A model generated the notes under the pieces. The model was given only the letters and a program-made list of their open reading frames with translations, ran no database searches and was not told the origin of the DNA. A DNA stretch of 64,000 nucleotides from an uncultured Chloroflexia bacterium (GTDB lineage: Bacteria > Chloroflexota > Limnocylindria > Limnocylindrales > CSP1-4): positions 20,665-84,664 of the forward strand of contig CAVOIR010000007.1 in assembly GCA_963696045.1 (NCBI GenBank), written 5' to 3'. A program made the position numbers and the translations under genes. Positions 1 through 8,378 of the stretch are shown here, one piece after another (within the stretch, counting starts at the first letter, position 1; every line of letters begins with the position of its first letter).

Positions 1-712
1 ACAGCTGCGCCGGCCGCGGCGAGGCCAGGATGATGGGGCTGGCCCACTGGAGCAGGCCGCTGGCGAGCTCGAAGCCCGAGTTCTGCTTGCCGATGATGAA
101 GAGCCGACTTGATCGGCGTAGCTCGCGGCGTCGCGGGTGTCGGCGTAGTGGGCGCGTGCTCGATGCCCGGCGTCTCGGGCAGGAGCGGCTCGGCGATGCC
201 CACCGCGAAGATGACGACGCGGCTGCGGTAGTCCCCGTCGGGCGTGTGGAGGACGTAACGCTCGCCCGTCCCGGGAGGTGCCCTGCCAGGGCGTCTGGTA
301 GGCGCACCTGCAGGCCGGTCCGCTCCGCGAAGAGCCGGATGCCCTCCTCCATCTCCGGCCGCGAGCCGGGAACTCCGACGTCCCGTCCATGAGCTCCGGC
401 ATGACGGCGCGATGCTCGGGCTCGAAGGCCACCAGGCTGTTCCAGTCGTAGCGCTCGTAGGCCTTCGAGGCGTGCGGCAGCTGGGCGTGCGGCTTGGTCC
501 AGGACAGGAGACGCTGGAAGAAGGGGAACCGCCGGAACATGCCGCCCGGGCCCGGGATCGGCCGAGATGACCGCGTGGTCGATGCCGAGGCGCGAGAGGT
601 AGTAGGCGACCTGCAGGCCGCCGGGACCGCTGCCCACGACGACGACGTCGTAGTCGCCCGGGCGGGCAGGGAGGCCCGTCCCGGCCGACCGGAGCGCGGG
701 ATCGTCTGCCAT
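1..712 (-). CDS. FAD/NAD(P)-binding oxidoreductase (flavin-monooxygenase-like); C-terminus lies beyond the window start; frame-broken
   Basis: Manual minus-strand translation from ATG at 712 gives MADDPALRSAGTGLPARPGDYDVVVVGSGPGGLQVAYYLSRLGIDHAVISADPGPG (GxGxxG Rossmann motif). The frame then breaks near 545 (extra G/C in a run). Later pieces read EMEEGIRLFAERTGLQV and RLFIIGKQNSGFELASGLLQWASPIIL. It is absent from the ORF track as a single ORF because of at least 2 frame breaks. Confidence 0.55.
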   Translation of the reverse strand, partial: MADDPALRSAGTGLPARPGDYDVVVVGSGPGGLQVAYYLSRLGIDHAVISADPGPGRHVPAVPLLPASPVLDQAARPAAARLEGLRALRLEQPGGLRARASRRHAGAHGRDVGVPGSRPEMEEGIRLFAERTGLQVRLPDALAGHLPGRASVTSSTRPTGTTAAASSSSRWASPSRSCPRRRASSTRPLRRHPRRRELRRSSRLFIIGKQNSGFELASGLLQWASPIILASPRPAQL

Positions 713-720
713 GCGTGCGC

Positions 721-1139
721 TCAGCCGCGCCGGTTGGCGCGATCCAGGCGGCGGCAGACCGACTGGAGCATGCGGTACATGACCGGCGGATAGGCGAGCA
801 GGAACGCGCGCAGGTCCGGGCCTGCCAGCTGGAGCGCCTTGAGCGGAGACTGGGTCACGACGTCGGCGATCGGCAGGCTACGCCCAGCAGCAGCGAGATC
901 TCGCCGAAGAAGTCGCCCTTGGCCAGCCTCGAGACCTCGACGCCGTCGACCTGGACCACGGCCTCGCCCTCGAGGATGATGAAGAAGCCGCCGCCCGAGA
1001 AGCCCTGGCGCAGGATGCGCTGGCCGGCCGGGAACGACTCCTCGGACATGGTGTGGGCGACCGCCTCGAGCTGTGGTCGGTCGAGGTCCGAGAAGAGGGC
1101 CAGCCCGGCGAGCGCCTCGAGGATCTGCGCTTCGTTCAT
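721..1139 (-). CDS. stand-alone cyclic-nucleotide-binding (CAP effector) domain protein; one frame shift near 880
   Basis: ORF 855..1280(-) from internal Met at 1139 reads MNEAQILEALAGLALFSDLDRPQLEAVAHTMSEESFPAGQRILRQGFSGGGFFIILEGEAVVQVDGVEVSRLAKGDFFGEISLLLG. The C-terminal helix continues in ORF 721..1200(-): IADVVTQSPLKALQLAGPDLRAFLLAYPPVMYRMLQSVCRRLDRAN. Confidence 0.7.
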
Positions 1140-1174
1140 CCTTCCAGTCTCCCGTTCTGCCGGCTGCCGGACGG

Positions 1175-1603
1175 TCAATTGCGCAGCTGCGCGTCGGCAC
1201 GACGCAGCCGTCCCGCCAGCTCGCGCAGCAGGTTCATGGCCAGGTCGCTGTCCTGCTGGAGCATGGCGATGAGGTCCCACGAGGCGAGGGCAAGACAGGC
1301 CGTCGCGCCATCCGCCAGCGCCGACGCGGCGCGCGGCTGCTGGTCGATGACGGAGAGCTCGCCGATGATCTGGCCCGGCCCGAGACGCGCCAGCTCGTCG
1401 TCGCCGGCGAGGATGCGCACGCCGCCCGAGACGACGATGTAGAGCCCGTTGCCGACCTGCCCCTGCTGGACGATGACCTGTCCGTCGGCGAAGTCGAGCG
1501 CTGCGGTGACATCGGCGAGGCGGTCGAGAGTCTCGGCATCGCAGCCGCGGAAGAGGGGCACCTGCTCGAGCCAGCTGCGCTTCTCCTGCCTGCTCAGCGA
1601 CAC
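1175..1603 (-). CDS. stand-alone cyclic-nucleotide-binding (CAP effector) domain protein
   Basis: C-terminal 142 aa of ORF 1175..1870(-), starting at GTG 1603: VSLSRQEKRSWLEQVPLFRGCDAETLDRLADVTAALDFADGQVIVQQGQVGNGLYIVVSGGVRILAGDDELARLGPGQIIGELSVID. The upstream part of that ORF is Arg/Ser-rich junk. Confidence 0.72.
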   Translation of the reverse strand: MSLSRQEKRSWLEQVPLFRGCDAETLDRLADVTAALDFADGQVIVQQGQVGNGLYIVVSGGVRILAGDDELARLGPGQIIGELSVIDQQPRAASALADGATACLALASWDLIAMLQQDSDLAMNLLRELAGRLRRADAQLRN

Positions 1604-1646
1604 GTCGGGCCTCCTGCGCGTTGAGGCCAACGGTAGCACGCGGGGC

Positions 1647-1958
1647 TCAGTCGCCGCGGTGGGCGCCGACCCGGATCTCGAAGTCGCGGAGACCCCCTCG
1701 CGCGGGTTCGAAGCGGACATCGACCTGGCTGACCGCGGCGCCCGCGGGGCCCTGTCGCAGCGCGGCGACGAGCTCGTCGAGGTCCGCGTCGGCTCCCTCC
1801 GCCACGACCTCGACGCTCCCGTCGGACCGGTTGGCGACCCAGCCACTGAGGCCGAGTCGCGCGGCCTCACGCTGGACGAACCAGCGGAAGCCGACGCCCT
1901 GGACGAAGCCGTGGACGGTGGCCACCAGTCGGCGAGGGCCGGTGCCCGGCCCGGTCAT
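1647..1958 (-). CDS. acyP: acylphosphatase
   Basis: 103 aa with VHGFVQGVGFRWFVQREAARLGLSGWVANRSDGSVEVVAEG, the classic acylphosphatase signature. The ATGA overlaps the holB stop. Confidence 0.85.
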   Translation of the reverse strand: MTGPGTGPRRLVATVHGFVQGVGFRWFVQREAARLGLSGWVANRSDGSVEVVAEGADADLDELVAALRQGPAGAAVSQVDVRFEPARGGLRDFEIRVGAHRGD

Positions 1959-3059
1959 GGCGCCGCGGCCGGGGGCCGCGGCCAGGCAAGCAGGAGGACG
2001 TCGAGCGTCAGCTCGGGATTGGCGTAGCCCTCGATGGCGAGCATGAGCCTGTCGAGGCGGTCGAGGAAGCGTCGCAGCGCGCGGTGATCCACCGTTCTCG
2101 CGACCGCCACGAGCTCCTGGAGGTGCTCGTGGTCGCGGACACCATCGGGACCGGCCGTGGCCGCGACGGCCAGGTCGCGCCCGAGGTCGCGCCAGACATC
2201 GATGACGAGGCTCGCGGCGCGACGGCGCTCAGCGGGCTCGAGCCGAGTCGCCGACGGGGCCACGTCGCCACGGAGTGCGGCATCGACGGCGGCGGCATCG
2301 GCGACCAGGTCCGCGGCCGCGGCCAGGCGGGTGCGCCTGTCGGCTGTCACCAGGTCGAGCAGGGTCCGACCGATGCGAGCTCGGGCCAGGACCGCGTCGG
2401 GCCGCGAGGCGAGCCGGAGGGCCAGCCCTGGTCGGCCCCCGCTGGCGATGGCGATGGCGCGTGCCGGCCCCGGGTCGGCGTCGCCGCGGTCGACCAGCCA
2501 GCGCGACAGCGCCTCGACTGTCGGCGTGCCGAGCCGCAGGCGTGCTGCGCGTGAGACCACGGTCGGCAGCAGCGGCGCCATGTCATCCGCGCAAAGGATG
2601 AGGCAGGTCGCGGGACCGGGCTCTTCGAGCGTCTTGAGCAGCGCATTCTGGGCGTCTGGGTTGAGGCGATGGGCCGAGCTGATGACGGCCACGCGGAAGC
2701 GCCCCTCGAGCGGCGTCAGCGACAGCTCGGTGGTCAGTCGCTGGACCTGCCCGAGGCGGATCTGCTCGCCCGCTCCGTCTGGCTCGATGCGATGCAGGTC
2801 GGGATGGACGCCGAGCTCGACCTTGCGGCAGGCCGTGCATGACCGACACGGGCCGATCGGCCGGATCGGGCTCAAGGCAGAGCAGCCCGGCAGCAAGGTC
2901 GAGAGCGAGCGTCGTCTTGCCCACGCCCCTGGGCCCCACGAGCAGCAGGGCGTGCGGCGGACGCTCGTCTCGGACCGCGCGCGCGACGGCCTCGAGGGCG
3001 TGCGCGTGCCCCTCGGTCAGGTACCGGCCGCCTCCTTCTGCCGGCCCGTCGGACGCCAT
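1955..3059 (-). CDS. holB: DNA polymerase III delta-prime subunit; one frame shift near 2855
   Basis: N-terminus in ORF 2583..3059(-): HALLLVGPRGVGKTTLALDLAAGLLCLEPDP (Walker A). The rest is in ORF 1955..2896(-): CRSCTACRKVELGVHPDLHRIEPDG...RFRVAVISSAHRLNPDAQNALLKTLEEPGPATCLILC...LPTVVSRAARLRL. Confidence 0.8.
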
Positions 3060-3140
3060 CCCTCGACGGCTAGGCCTCTTCGGACGCGGCGGCCTTGGGG
3101 GTCCGCTTGCGGGGCGCCCGCTTGGGCTTCGCCTCCTCTG

Positions 3141-4823
3141 CTACGCCGCCGCGGCTCTGCGTCCGGCGTGGTCGGCGGCCGGCTTGCGCGACGCCCGCTT
3201 GGGCTTCGGCGCCTCTGTCGCGGGAGCCGGGCTCGCGTCGGCCTTGGGAGCCGGGCTCGCGTCGGCCTTTGGAGCGGTGGCGGTGCGGCTGGTGCGACGG
3301 CGGGTCGTCCCTCGCAGCTCTGACCTCGTCCGCCTGGGCGGCCACGTCCTCGCGGGAGGCCTCGGCGGCGGCTTCCGTGGTCTTGGGGGTCCTGGGCTCC
3401 CTGGCCGGCGCCGCCCGGGTGGCTGCGCCTGCCTGCCGACGGGCCAGCTCGGCGCGGAGGAGCTCCTGCACCTCGGGCGGCACCTCGCTCCAGGATCGCC
3501 GCCGGGGGTTTGCTCGATGGGAGCCATGGCATGGGCGGAGGCCCTGCCCGGATGACGGGGCCTGATGGCCACCTTTGCCGCCACGCCCCGGGCCTCGTGA
3601 GAACCCTGAGCGCGATCCGACTCCGTAACGCTCCCGGTCGATCGCCGATCGATAGCCACCGCCACGGCCGCCGCGGCCGCCGCGGCCCTCGCGCCGCCTG
3701 TCCTGCTGGCGCCGTTCGGCGAGGAGGTACTCGGGCACGTCGGGCTCGGGCAGGAGGTCGTCGTCGACGGGCGGTGCTGCGGCGCGGTCCGGGGACCGAC
3801 GCGGGACGATCCGAGGGCACGCCGATCTGGCGGTCCCAGACCGAGCCGAAGGCTGAGTGCTGCGGCAGGGTCGGCACCTCGTCGGGGAAATCGGTCGCGT
3901 CGACGTCCGGCTCGACAGGCTGTGCGCCCTCGACAGGCTGGGCGACGATGTCCTCGGGCCCGCGGCCACCGCGACCGCGTCCACGACCACCTCGGCGGCG
4001 GCGGCGCCGCCGACCGTCCTCGGAGGGGAGATCCTCGCAGATCGCCGTCCTCCTCGATCGCGACTCCCGCCTCGGCCGTCACGGGGATGTCGACGGGCCC
4101 CATGCCGCGCGAGAGCTTCTCGCCGGGCAGAGCTACCAGGCCGGCCAGCGCTGGTCGTTCATCGTCAACGACGGGTGCGGCCGGGGTGCCGCGGCGCCGG
4201 GTCGGCCGCTCGGGGCGCTCGGCGCGCTCGGGCCGCTCCTCCCCGTCGCGTCGGCGACGGCGCGGCGTGACGCCGGATTCCTTGTCCGGCACCTCGGTCA
4301 TCGAGAGGTCGCCCTCGGCGGCCACGCGACGCCCGCTGCGCGCGCCCTTCTCGACCCGGGCGATGTTGGAGATGTCGATGAAGACATCCGCCGCGTCGAT
4401 GAGGTCGCTGCTGGTGTTGCCGCGGAAGCTGATGACCTCGACGCGGACGCCCTGCTGCTGGACGGCGTAGATGGCCGGCGCGAAGTCCCCGTCGCCGGAG
4501 ACGACGACGGCGATGTCGAGCTTCTCCGCCATGCGCATCATGTCGACGACGAGCTCGATGTCGAGGTTGGCCTTGATGCGCCCGTCGCCGTACTTGCGGA
4601 TGTCCTTGCTGACGACCTTGTAACCGCTGCGGGCCAGGAAGGAGTGGAACTGGCGCTGGTTCTCGTTCTCCGGATCGAGGCCGGTATAGGCATAGGCACG
4701 CACGAAGTCGCGACCGGCGGTGGCCGACTTCAGAAGAGTGACGTAGTCGATGTCCACGCCCGCGGCTTTGGCCGCATAGAAGATGTTCGCGACGTCAACG
4801 AAGACGGCGACGTTCTTGCTCAC
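3141..4823 (-). CDS. NYN-domain (LabA/PIN-like) protein with a tail of more than 350 aa rich in Arg/Gly/Pro/Lys; the frame of the tail is uncertain (an alternative stop at 3070 is possible)
   Basis: GTG start at 4823. The first ~170 aa read VAVFVDVANIFYAAKAAGVDIDYVTLL...DIELVVDMMRMAEKLDIAVVVSGDGDFAPAIYAVQQQGVRVEVISF (NYN fold). All three minus frames are open over 3070..3990. The best-looking segments hop frames and include RGG boxes (RRRRRRGGRGRGRGGRG and RREGRGGRGGRGGGY). Confidence 0.7.
   Translation of the reverse strand: MSKNVAVFVDVANIFYAAKAAGVDIDYVTLLKSATAGRDFVRAYAYTGLDPENENQRQFHSFLARSGYKVVSKDIRKYGDGRIKANLDIELVVDMMRMAEKLDIAVVVSGDGDFAPAIYAVQQQGVRVEVISFRGNTSSDLIDAADVFIDISNIARVEKGARSGRRVAAEGDLSMTEVPDKESGVTPRRRRRDGEERPERAERPERPTRRRGTPAAPVVDDERPALAGLVALPGEKLSRGMGPVDIPVTAEAGVAIEEDGDLRGSPLRGRSAAPPPPRWSWTRSRWPRARGHRRPACRGRTACRAGRRRDRFPRRGADPAAALSLRLGLGPPDRRALGSSRVGPRTAPQHRPSTTTSCPSPTCPSTSSPNGASRTGGARAAAAAAAVAVAIDRRSTGSVTESDRAQGSHEARGVAAKVAIRPRHPGRASAHAMAPIEQTPGGDPGARCRPRCRSSSAPSWPVGRQAQPPGRRRPGSPGPPRPRKPPPRPPARTWPPRRTRSELRGTTRRRTSRTATAPKADASPAPKADASPAPATEAPKPKRASRKPAADHAGRRAAAA
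3222..3269. repeat. perfect 24-nt tandem duplication (gggagccgggctcgcgtcggcctt x2) inside the NYN-protein tail
   Basis: Read directly from the sequence: 3222..3245 equals 3246..3269. It encodes KADASPAP twice in the 3141..4823 frame. Confidence 0.9.
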
Positions 4824-5135
4824 GCAGGACTCCTGTGTGTGGCGGGCCGCTCAGGGCGGCTCCGCGGAGGGGGACACGTGTCGCGTCCATGGCGTCCGGG
4901 GGCGGGCCCCCTCGCGCAGCGCGGGTGTGGTGTCCGATCGTTGCTGATGTGTCGGTCTCCTGTGACATCCGGGGGCCCGATGGCGCCACGTGGTGTCTGA
5001 CCACGACTGAGCACGTCCGCCTGGAAGTCCCGTCGCCGCGACGGCGATCGAAGGGCCTCGAGCGCGCCGCACCGGGTGGCCCAGCGGCCGCGACACGGGC
5101 CACTGTCCGCACACGCCCGGGGCGCTCGCGGCGTC

Positions 5136-5163
5136 TTGCATTAGGAACGCGCCTCGCTATGAT
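5136..5163 (+). promoter_or_regulatory. sigma-70-like promoter candidate (TTGCAT - 16 nt - TATGAT) with a ~170-nt leader
   Basis: TTGCAT at 5136..5141 and TATGAT at 5158..5163, inside an AT-richer patch of a 510-bp intergenic region upstream of the ATG at 5335. Confidence 0.4.
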
Positions 5164-5334
5164 ACTGCACGGTGCGCCTGCCGTGAGCGTGCCCCCATCG
5201 GAGCGGGTGACACCAGACGGGGTCGGTCCGCTGGAATGGGCTCGCGCCCTCGCGAGAGCCACCCATCCACTGATCCCGGTCCAGACGCCGGCGCGCGCCG
5301 GTCCATAGCCGTGAGCCCAAGGAGGACCAGCACC

Positions 5335-5760
5335 ATGAAGCTCAAGACCATCGCCGGCCTGTTCGCCGCTCTGCTGTTCGCCTTCGCCGTCGTCGCCTGC
5401 AGCAACGACTCCGCGACACCGGCGCCGGCCGCCGACGTCGCCCGCCGCGGCCGCGGAGTCGCCCGCCGGCTGACACCATCCGGGCCATGCGCGTCGCGGC
5501 CCATCCCACAGCAAGCAAGCGGAACGGTCGGGGTCCCCTCCCCGGCCGTTTCGGATTCCTGTCGGCCGCAGCCGATCCACCTTGCGCGCGCAGGATCACG
5601 CACTATCATGTCGCCACGCTTGAGCGGCCACGACGCGTGGGCCCGCTCGTTGAGGGGCATGTGCTGGGATGGGCGACGCGCTGGCCATGTGCCGGACCGG
5701 ATCGCTGACCCCAGACGAGCCGCACGACGGGGGGCTCAGGTCGTGCGCGGCTCGGACTGA
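5335..5760 (+). CDS. putative lipoprotein; only the signal peptide and lipobox are recognisable; possibly a gene remnant
   Basis: GGAGGA RBS at 5319 and ATG at 5335. The product starts MKLKTIAGLFAALLFAFAVVAC-SNDSATPAPAA (lipobox VVAC). The remaining ~100 codons are Arg/Pro-rich with no recognisable fold, and another frame stops at ~5470. Confidence 0.3.
   Translation: MKLKTIAGLFAALLFAFAVVACSNDSATPAPAADVARRGRGVARRLTPSGPCASRPIPQQASGTVGVPSPAVSDSCRPQPIHLARAGSRTIMSPRLSGHDAWARSLRGMCWDGRRAGHVPDRIADPRRAARRGAQVVRGSD
5582..5609 (+). promoter_or_regulatory. sigma-70-like promoter candidate (TTGCGC - 16 nt - TATCAT) with a ~200-nt leader
   Basis: TTGCGC at 5582..5587 and TATCAT at 5604..5609. The downstream leader shares CTGGRATGGGC ... 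CCAGACG with the leader after 5163. Confidence 0.35.
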
Positions 5761-5808
5761 CCGCCGCCATCCAGGCGGGGCAGAGAGCGAAGGAGGAGTA
5801 CCAGGAAC

Positions 5809-7033
5809 GATGACCAGGAAGACACTTGGCGTCTTCGGTGCGCGGCCTGCTGGCCCTGGCCGCCGTGGCGCCCGTATCCGCCCAGGCGCCCGAGGATCCC
5901 CTCGGCGTCGTGACCATCCCGCCCGGGGAGCCGGTCGTCATCGCCGGCTGGGGCGTCAACTCCGGGGCCGACGCATCGCTCGGCACCGACTGGATGAACT
6001 CGATGAAGGTCGTCGCCGATGACCGGGGCGAGGAGCTCCTCGGCCACCCCCTCGAGCTGGTCTTCGAGGACGGCCTCTGCACCCCCGAGGGTGGCGCGAC
6101 GGCCGCCCAGAAGCTGGCCGCCGACACGACCATCGTCGGCCTCATCGGCTCAGCCTGCTCGGACGAGACAGTCGGTGGCATCGCAGCTATCACCAACGCC
6201 GGCCTCACCACCATCTCGCCGTCGAACACGCGCCCGGCCCTCACGGCTGAGGATCGCGGTCCGGAGTTCGCGGGCTACCTGCGCACGGCACACAACGACC
6301 TCGTCCAGGGCGCCTTCGTCGCGGACTTCGCTTACAACGTCCTCGGCGCCCGCACCGCCGCGACTCTCCACGACGGCTCGGCTTACGCCGAGGCACTGCA
6401 GCAGGTCTTCCAGGACAACTTCGTCGCCGCAGGCGGCTCGATCGTCACGGTTCAGGCGGTGCAGAAGGGCCAGACGGACATGAAGCCCGTCCTCACCGCC
6501 ATCGCCAACGCGCCTGCGCCGGATGTCCTCTACTTCCCGATCTTCACGGCCGAGGGCGCCTTCGTCATCGCCCAGAGCAAGGAGGTCGCCGGTCTCGAGA
6601 ACACGGCCCTCATCGGCTCGGACGGCATGTTCTCCCAGGACATGGTCAATGGTGCAGGTCCGGCAGCCGTCGGCGTGTACCTCTCGTCGCCGGCCGTGAC
6701 GGGCGATGCCTACACGGAATTCCTGGCCAAGTACGAAGAGATCAACGGGGTCAAGCCACCGCAGGCGTTCCATGCCCACGGCTGCGGACGCCATGAACAT
6801 CCTCCTGAACGCCATCGAGCAGGTCGCGGTGCAGGGCGACGACGGCACGCTCTATGTGCCCAAGGGCGCGCTGCGCGACGCCGTCTACGCCACCAAGGAC
6901 TACCAGGGGCTGACCGGCAACATCACGCTGTACTCCGACGGGTGACTGCGGCGCCGGCGCCATCGGGGCGTACGTCATCACCGAGGACACCGTCAACGGC
7001 ACCTGGCCGCCGCCCCTGTACACGGGCGAGTAG
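5809..7033 (+). CDS. branched-chain amino-acid ABC transporter substrate-binding protein (LivJ/K type); at least 3 frame shifts
   Basis: GAAGGAGGAG RBS, then ATG 5809 (MTRKT), shifting almost at once into ORF 5826..7130: signal peptide LLALAAVAPVSAQA, then GVVTIPPGEPVVIAGWGVNSG...IVGLIGSACSDETVGGIAAITNAGLTTISPSNT. Continues in ORF 6706..6945 (DAMNILLNAIEQV...YQGLTGNITLYSDG), then a third frame to TAG 7031..7033 (CGAGAIGAYVITEDTVNGTWPPPLYTGE). Confidence 0.8.
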
Positions 7034-7075
7034 CCAGGCATCCACCGAGCGTCGTCTCGGACGTCGAACGGTCGA

Positions 7076-7104
7076 GCGAGCCGGGCGATCGACGCCCGGC
7101 TCGC
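7076..7104 (+). terminator. GC-rich hairpin (12-bp perfect stem, 5-nt loop) after the binding-protein gene
   Basis: gcgagccgggcg-atcga-cgcccggctcgc read directly. It is followed by only a weak T tract (cccttctgtg), so attenuation or processing is as likely as full termination. Confidence 0.5.
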
Positions 7105-7126
7105 GCCCTTCTGTGAACGATCCGAT

Positions 7127-7155
7127 TTGACATCCGGCATCGCTATCGGTATGAA
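7127..7155 (+). promoter_or_regulatory. sigma-70-like promoter (TTGACA - 17 nt - TATGAA) upstream of livH
   Basis: TTGACA at 7127..7132 and TATGAA at 7150..7155, about 95 nt before the ATG at 7251. Confidence 0.5.
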
Positions 7156-7250
7156 CGCACGAACACCCCCGCCCAGTCGAAGGGACCTGGGACGGCCGGG
7201 AAGGCGGCAGACACGACCGTGGACGTGAAGAGGAGGGAGACGCCGACGGG

Positions 7251-8378
7251 ATGACCGGTCAGGCTGTGCCCAGGGACTACGGTGCGGCGGCCCGCACGAA
7301 GGCGACCGAGCGCGCCCTTGACGCGGCCATCGCCGCCTTCCTCTGGGGCTTCCGCATCATCGTCGTCCTGGTCATCGTCGTCGGCTCGTACCTGACGCTG
7401 TCGTCAGGCAAGTACTCGGTCGACACGTGGATCGACCTCCTTGTGGATGGCGCGTCCCTGGGCGGCGTCTATGCGCTCATCGCCCTGGGCTACACGATGG
7501 TCTACGGCATCCTGCGCATGATCAACTTCGCCCACGGCGACGTGTTCATGATCGGCGCTTTCGCCGGCTACTACTCGGCCATCTTCCTGCGCAACATCGG
7601 CTTCCTGAATTCGAGCCCGGCCGCCTCGGTCATCTCCATCGCCATCATGATGGCGGTGGCCGCCGTCGTGGCCGTCGTTGGTCGCCGTGCTCATCGAGCG
7701 CATCGCCTACCGTCCCCTGCGCAACTCGCCGCGACTGGTGCTGCTCATCGCCGCCATCGGCGCGTCATTCTTCCTGCAGTACACCGTGAAAGGGCATCGT
7801 CGGCACCGGCGTCTTCGCCTACCCGGTGCCCTCGTTCCTGTCGGAGCCTGTGGCACTCCCCATCGCCGAAACGCTGCGCCTGAAGTGGCTGGACGTGGTG
7901 GTCGTCGGCTCGGCCATCCTCATGATGGTCGTGCTCTATCTGTTCGTGCAGCGCTCCAAGCTGGGCACCGCCATCCGGGCCGTCTCCGAGGACGCGCCGA
8001 CGGCAGCGCTCATGGGCATCAACGTGGACCGTGCCATCGTCGCGACGTTCGCCATCGGCGCCGCGATGGCCGGCGTCGCCGGCGTGCTCTTCGGGCTGGT
8101 CTTCATCCAGATCAACTTCCTCAGTGGGTTCATCCCGGGCATCAAGGCCTTCACGGCGGCCGTCCTCGGCGGCATCGGCAACATCCCGGGCGCCATGGTC
8201 GGCGGCATGTTCCTTGGGCGAGATCGAATCGGTCGGGCCCATCCTCTTCCTCGAGGGCCTCGGCGTCCCGTCGCCCAGCCAGCTCAAGGACGTCGTGGCC
8301 TTCACTCTGCTCGTCCTCGTGCTCGTCTTCCGACCCCAGGGCATCCTCGGTGAACGGCTCTCGAGGACGCGGGCATGA
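7251..8378 (+). CDS. livH: branched-chain amino-acid ABC transporter permease LivH; at least 3 frame shifts
   Basis: Pieces in ORFs 7251..7883, 7678.., 7826..8353 and 8031..8378 join to [34 protein letters not shown] / [30 protein letters not shown] / [26 protein letters not shown]...[12 protein letters not shown] / [18 protein letters not shown]. Confidence 0.8.

Noticed and set aside
3222-3269. Tandem repeat as a possible CRISPR or minisatellite locus.
   Set aside because: There are only two abutting copies with no spacers, and they lie inside the coding tail of the NYN protein. It is an in-frame octapeptide duplication, not an array.
5164-5334. Assigning the 170-nt leader upstream of 5335 to a known riboswitch class.
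   Set aside because: I compared it by eye with glycine, TPP, SAM-I/IV, cobalamin and ydaO core motifs. Only trivial matches appeared, for example ACGGGGT. It is left as an unclassified leader.
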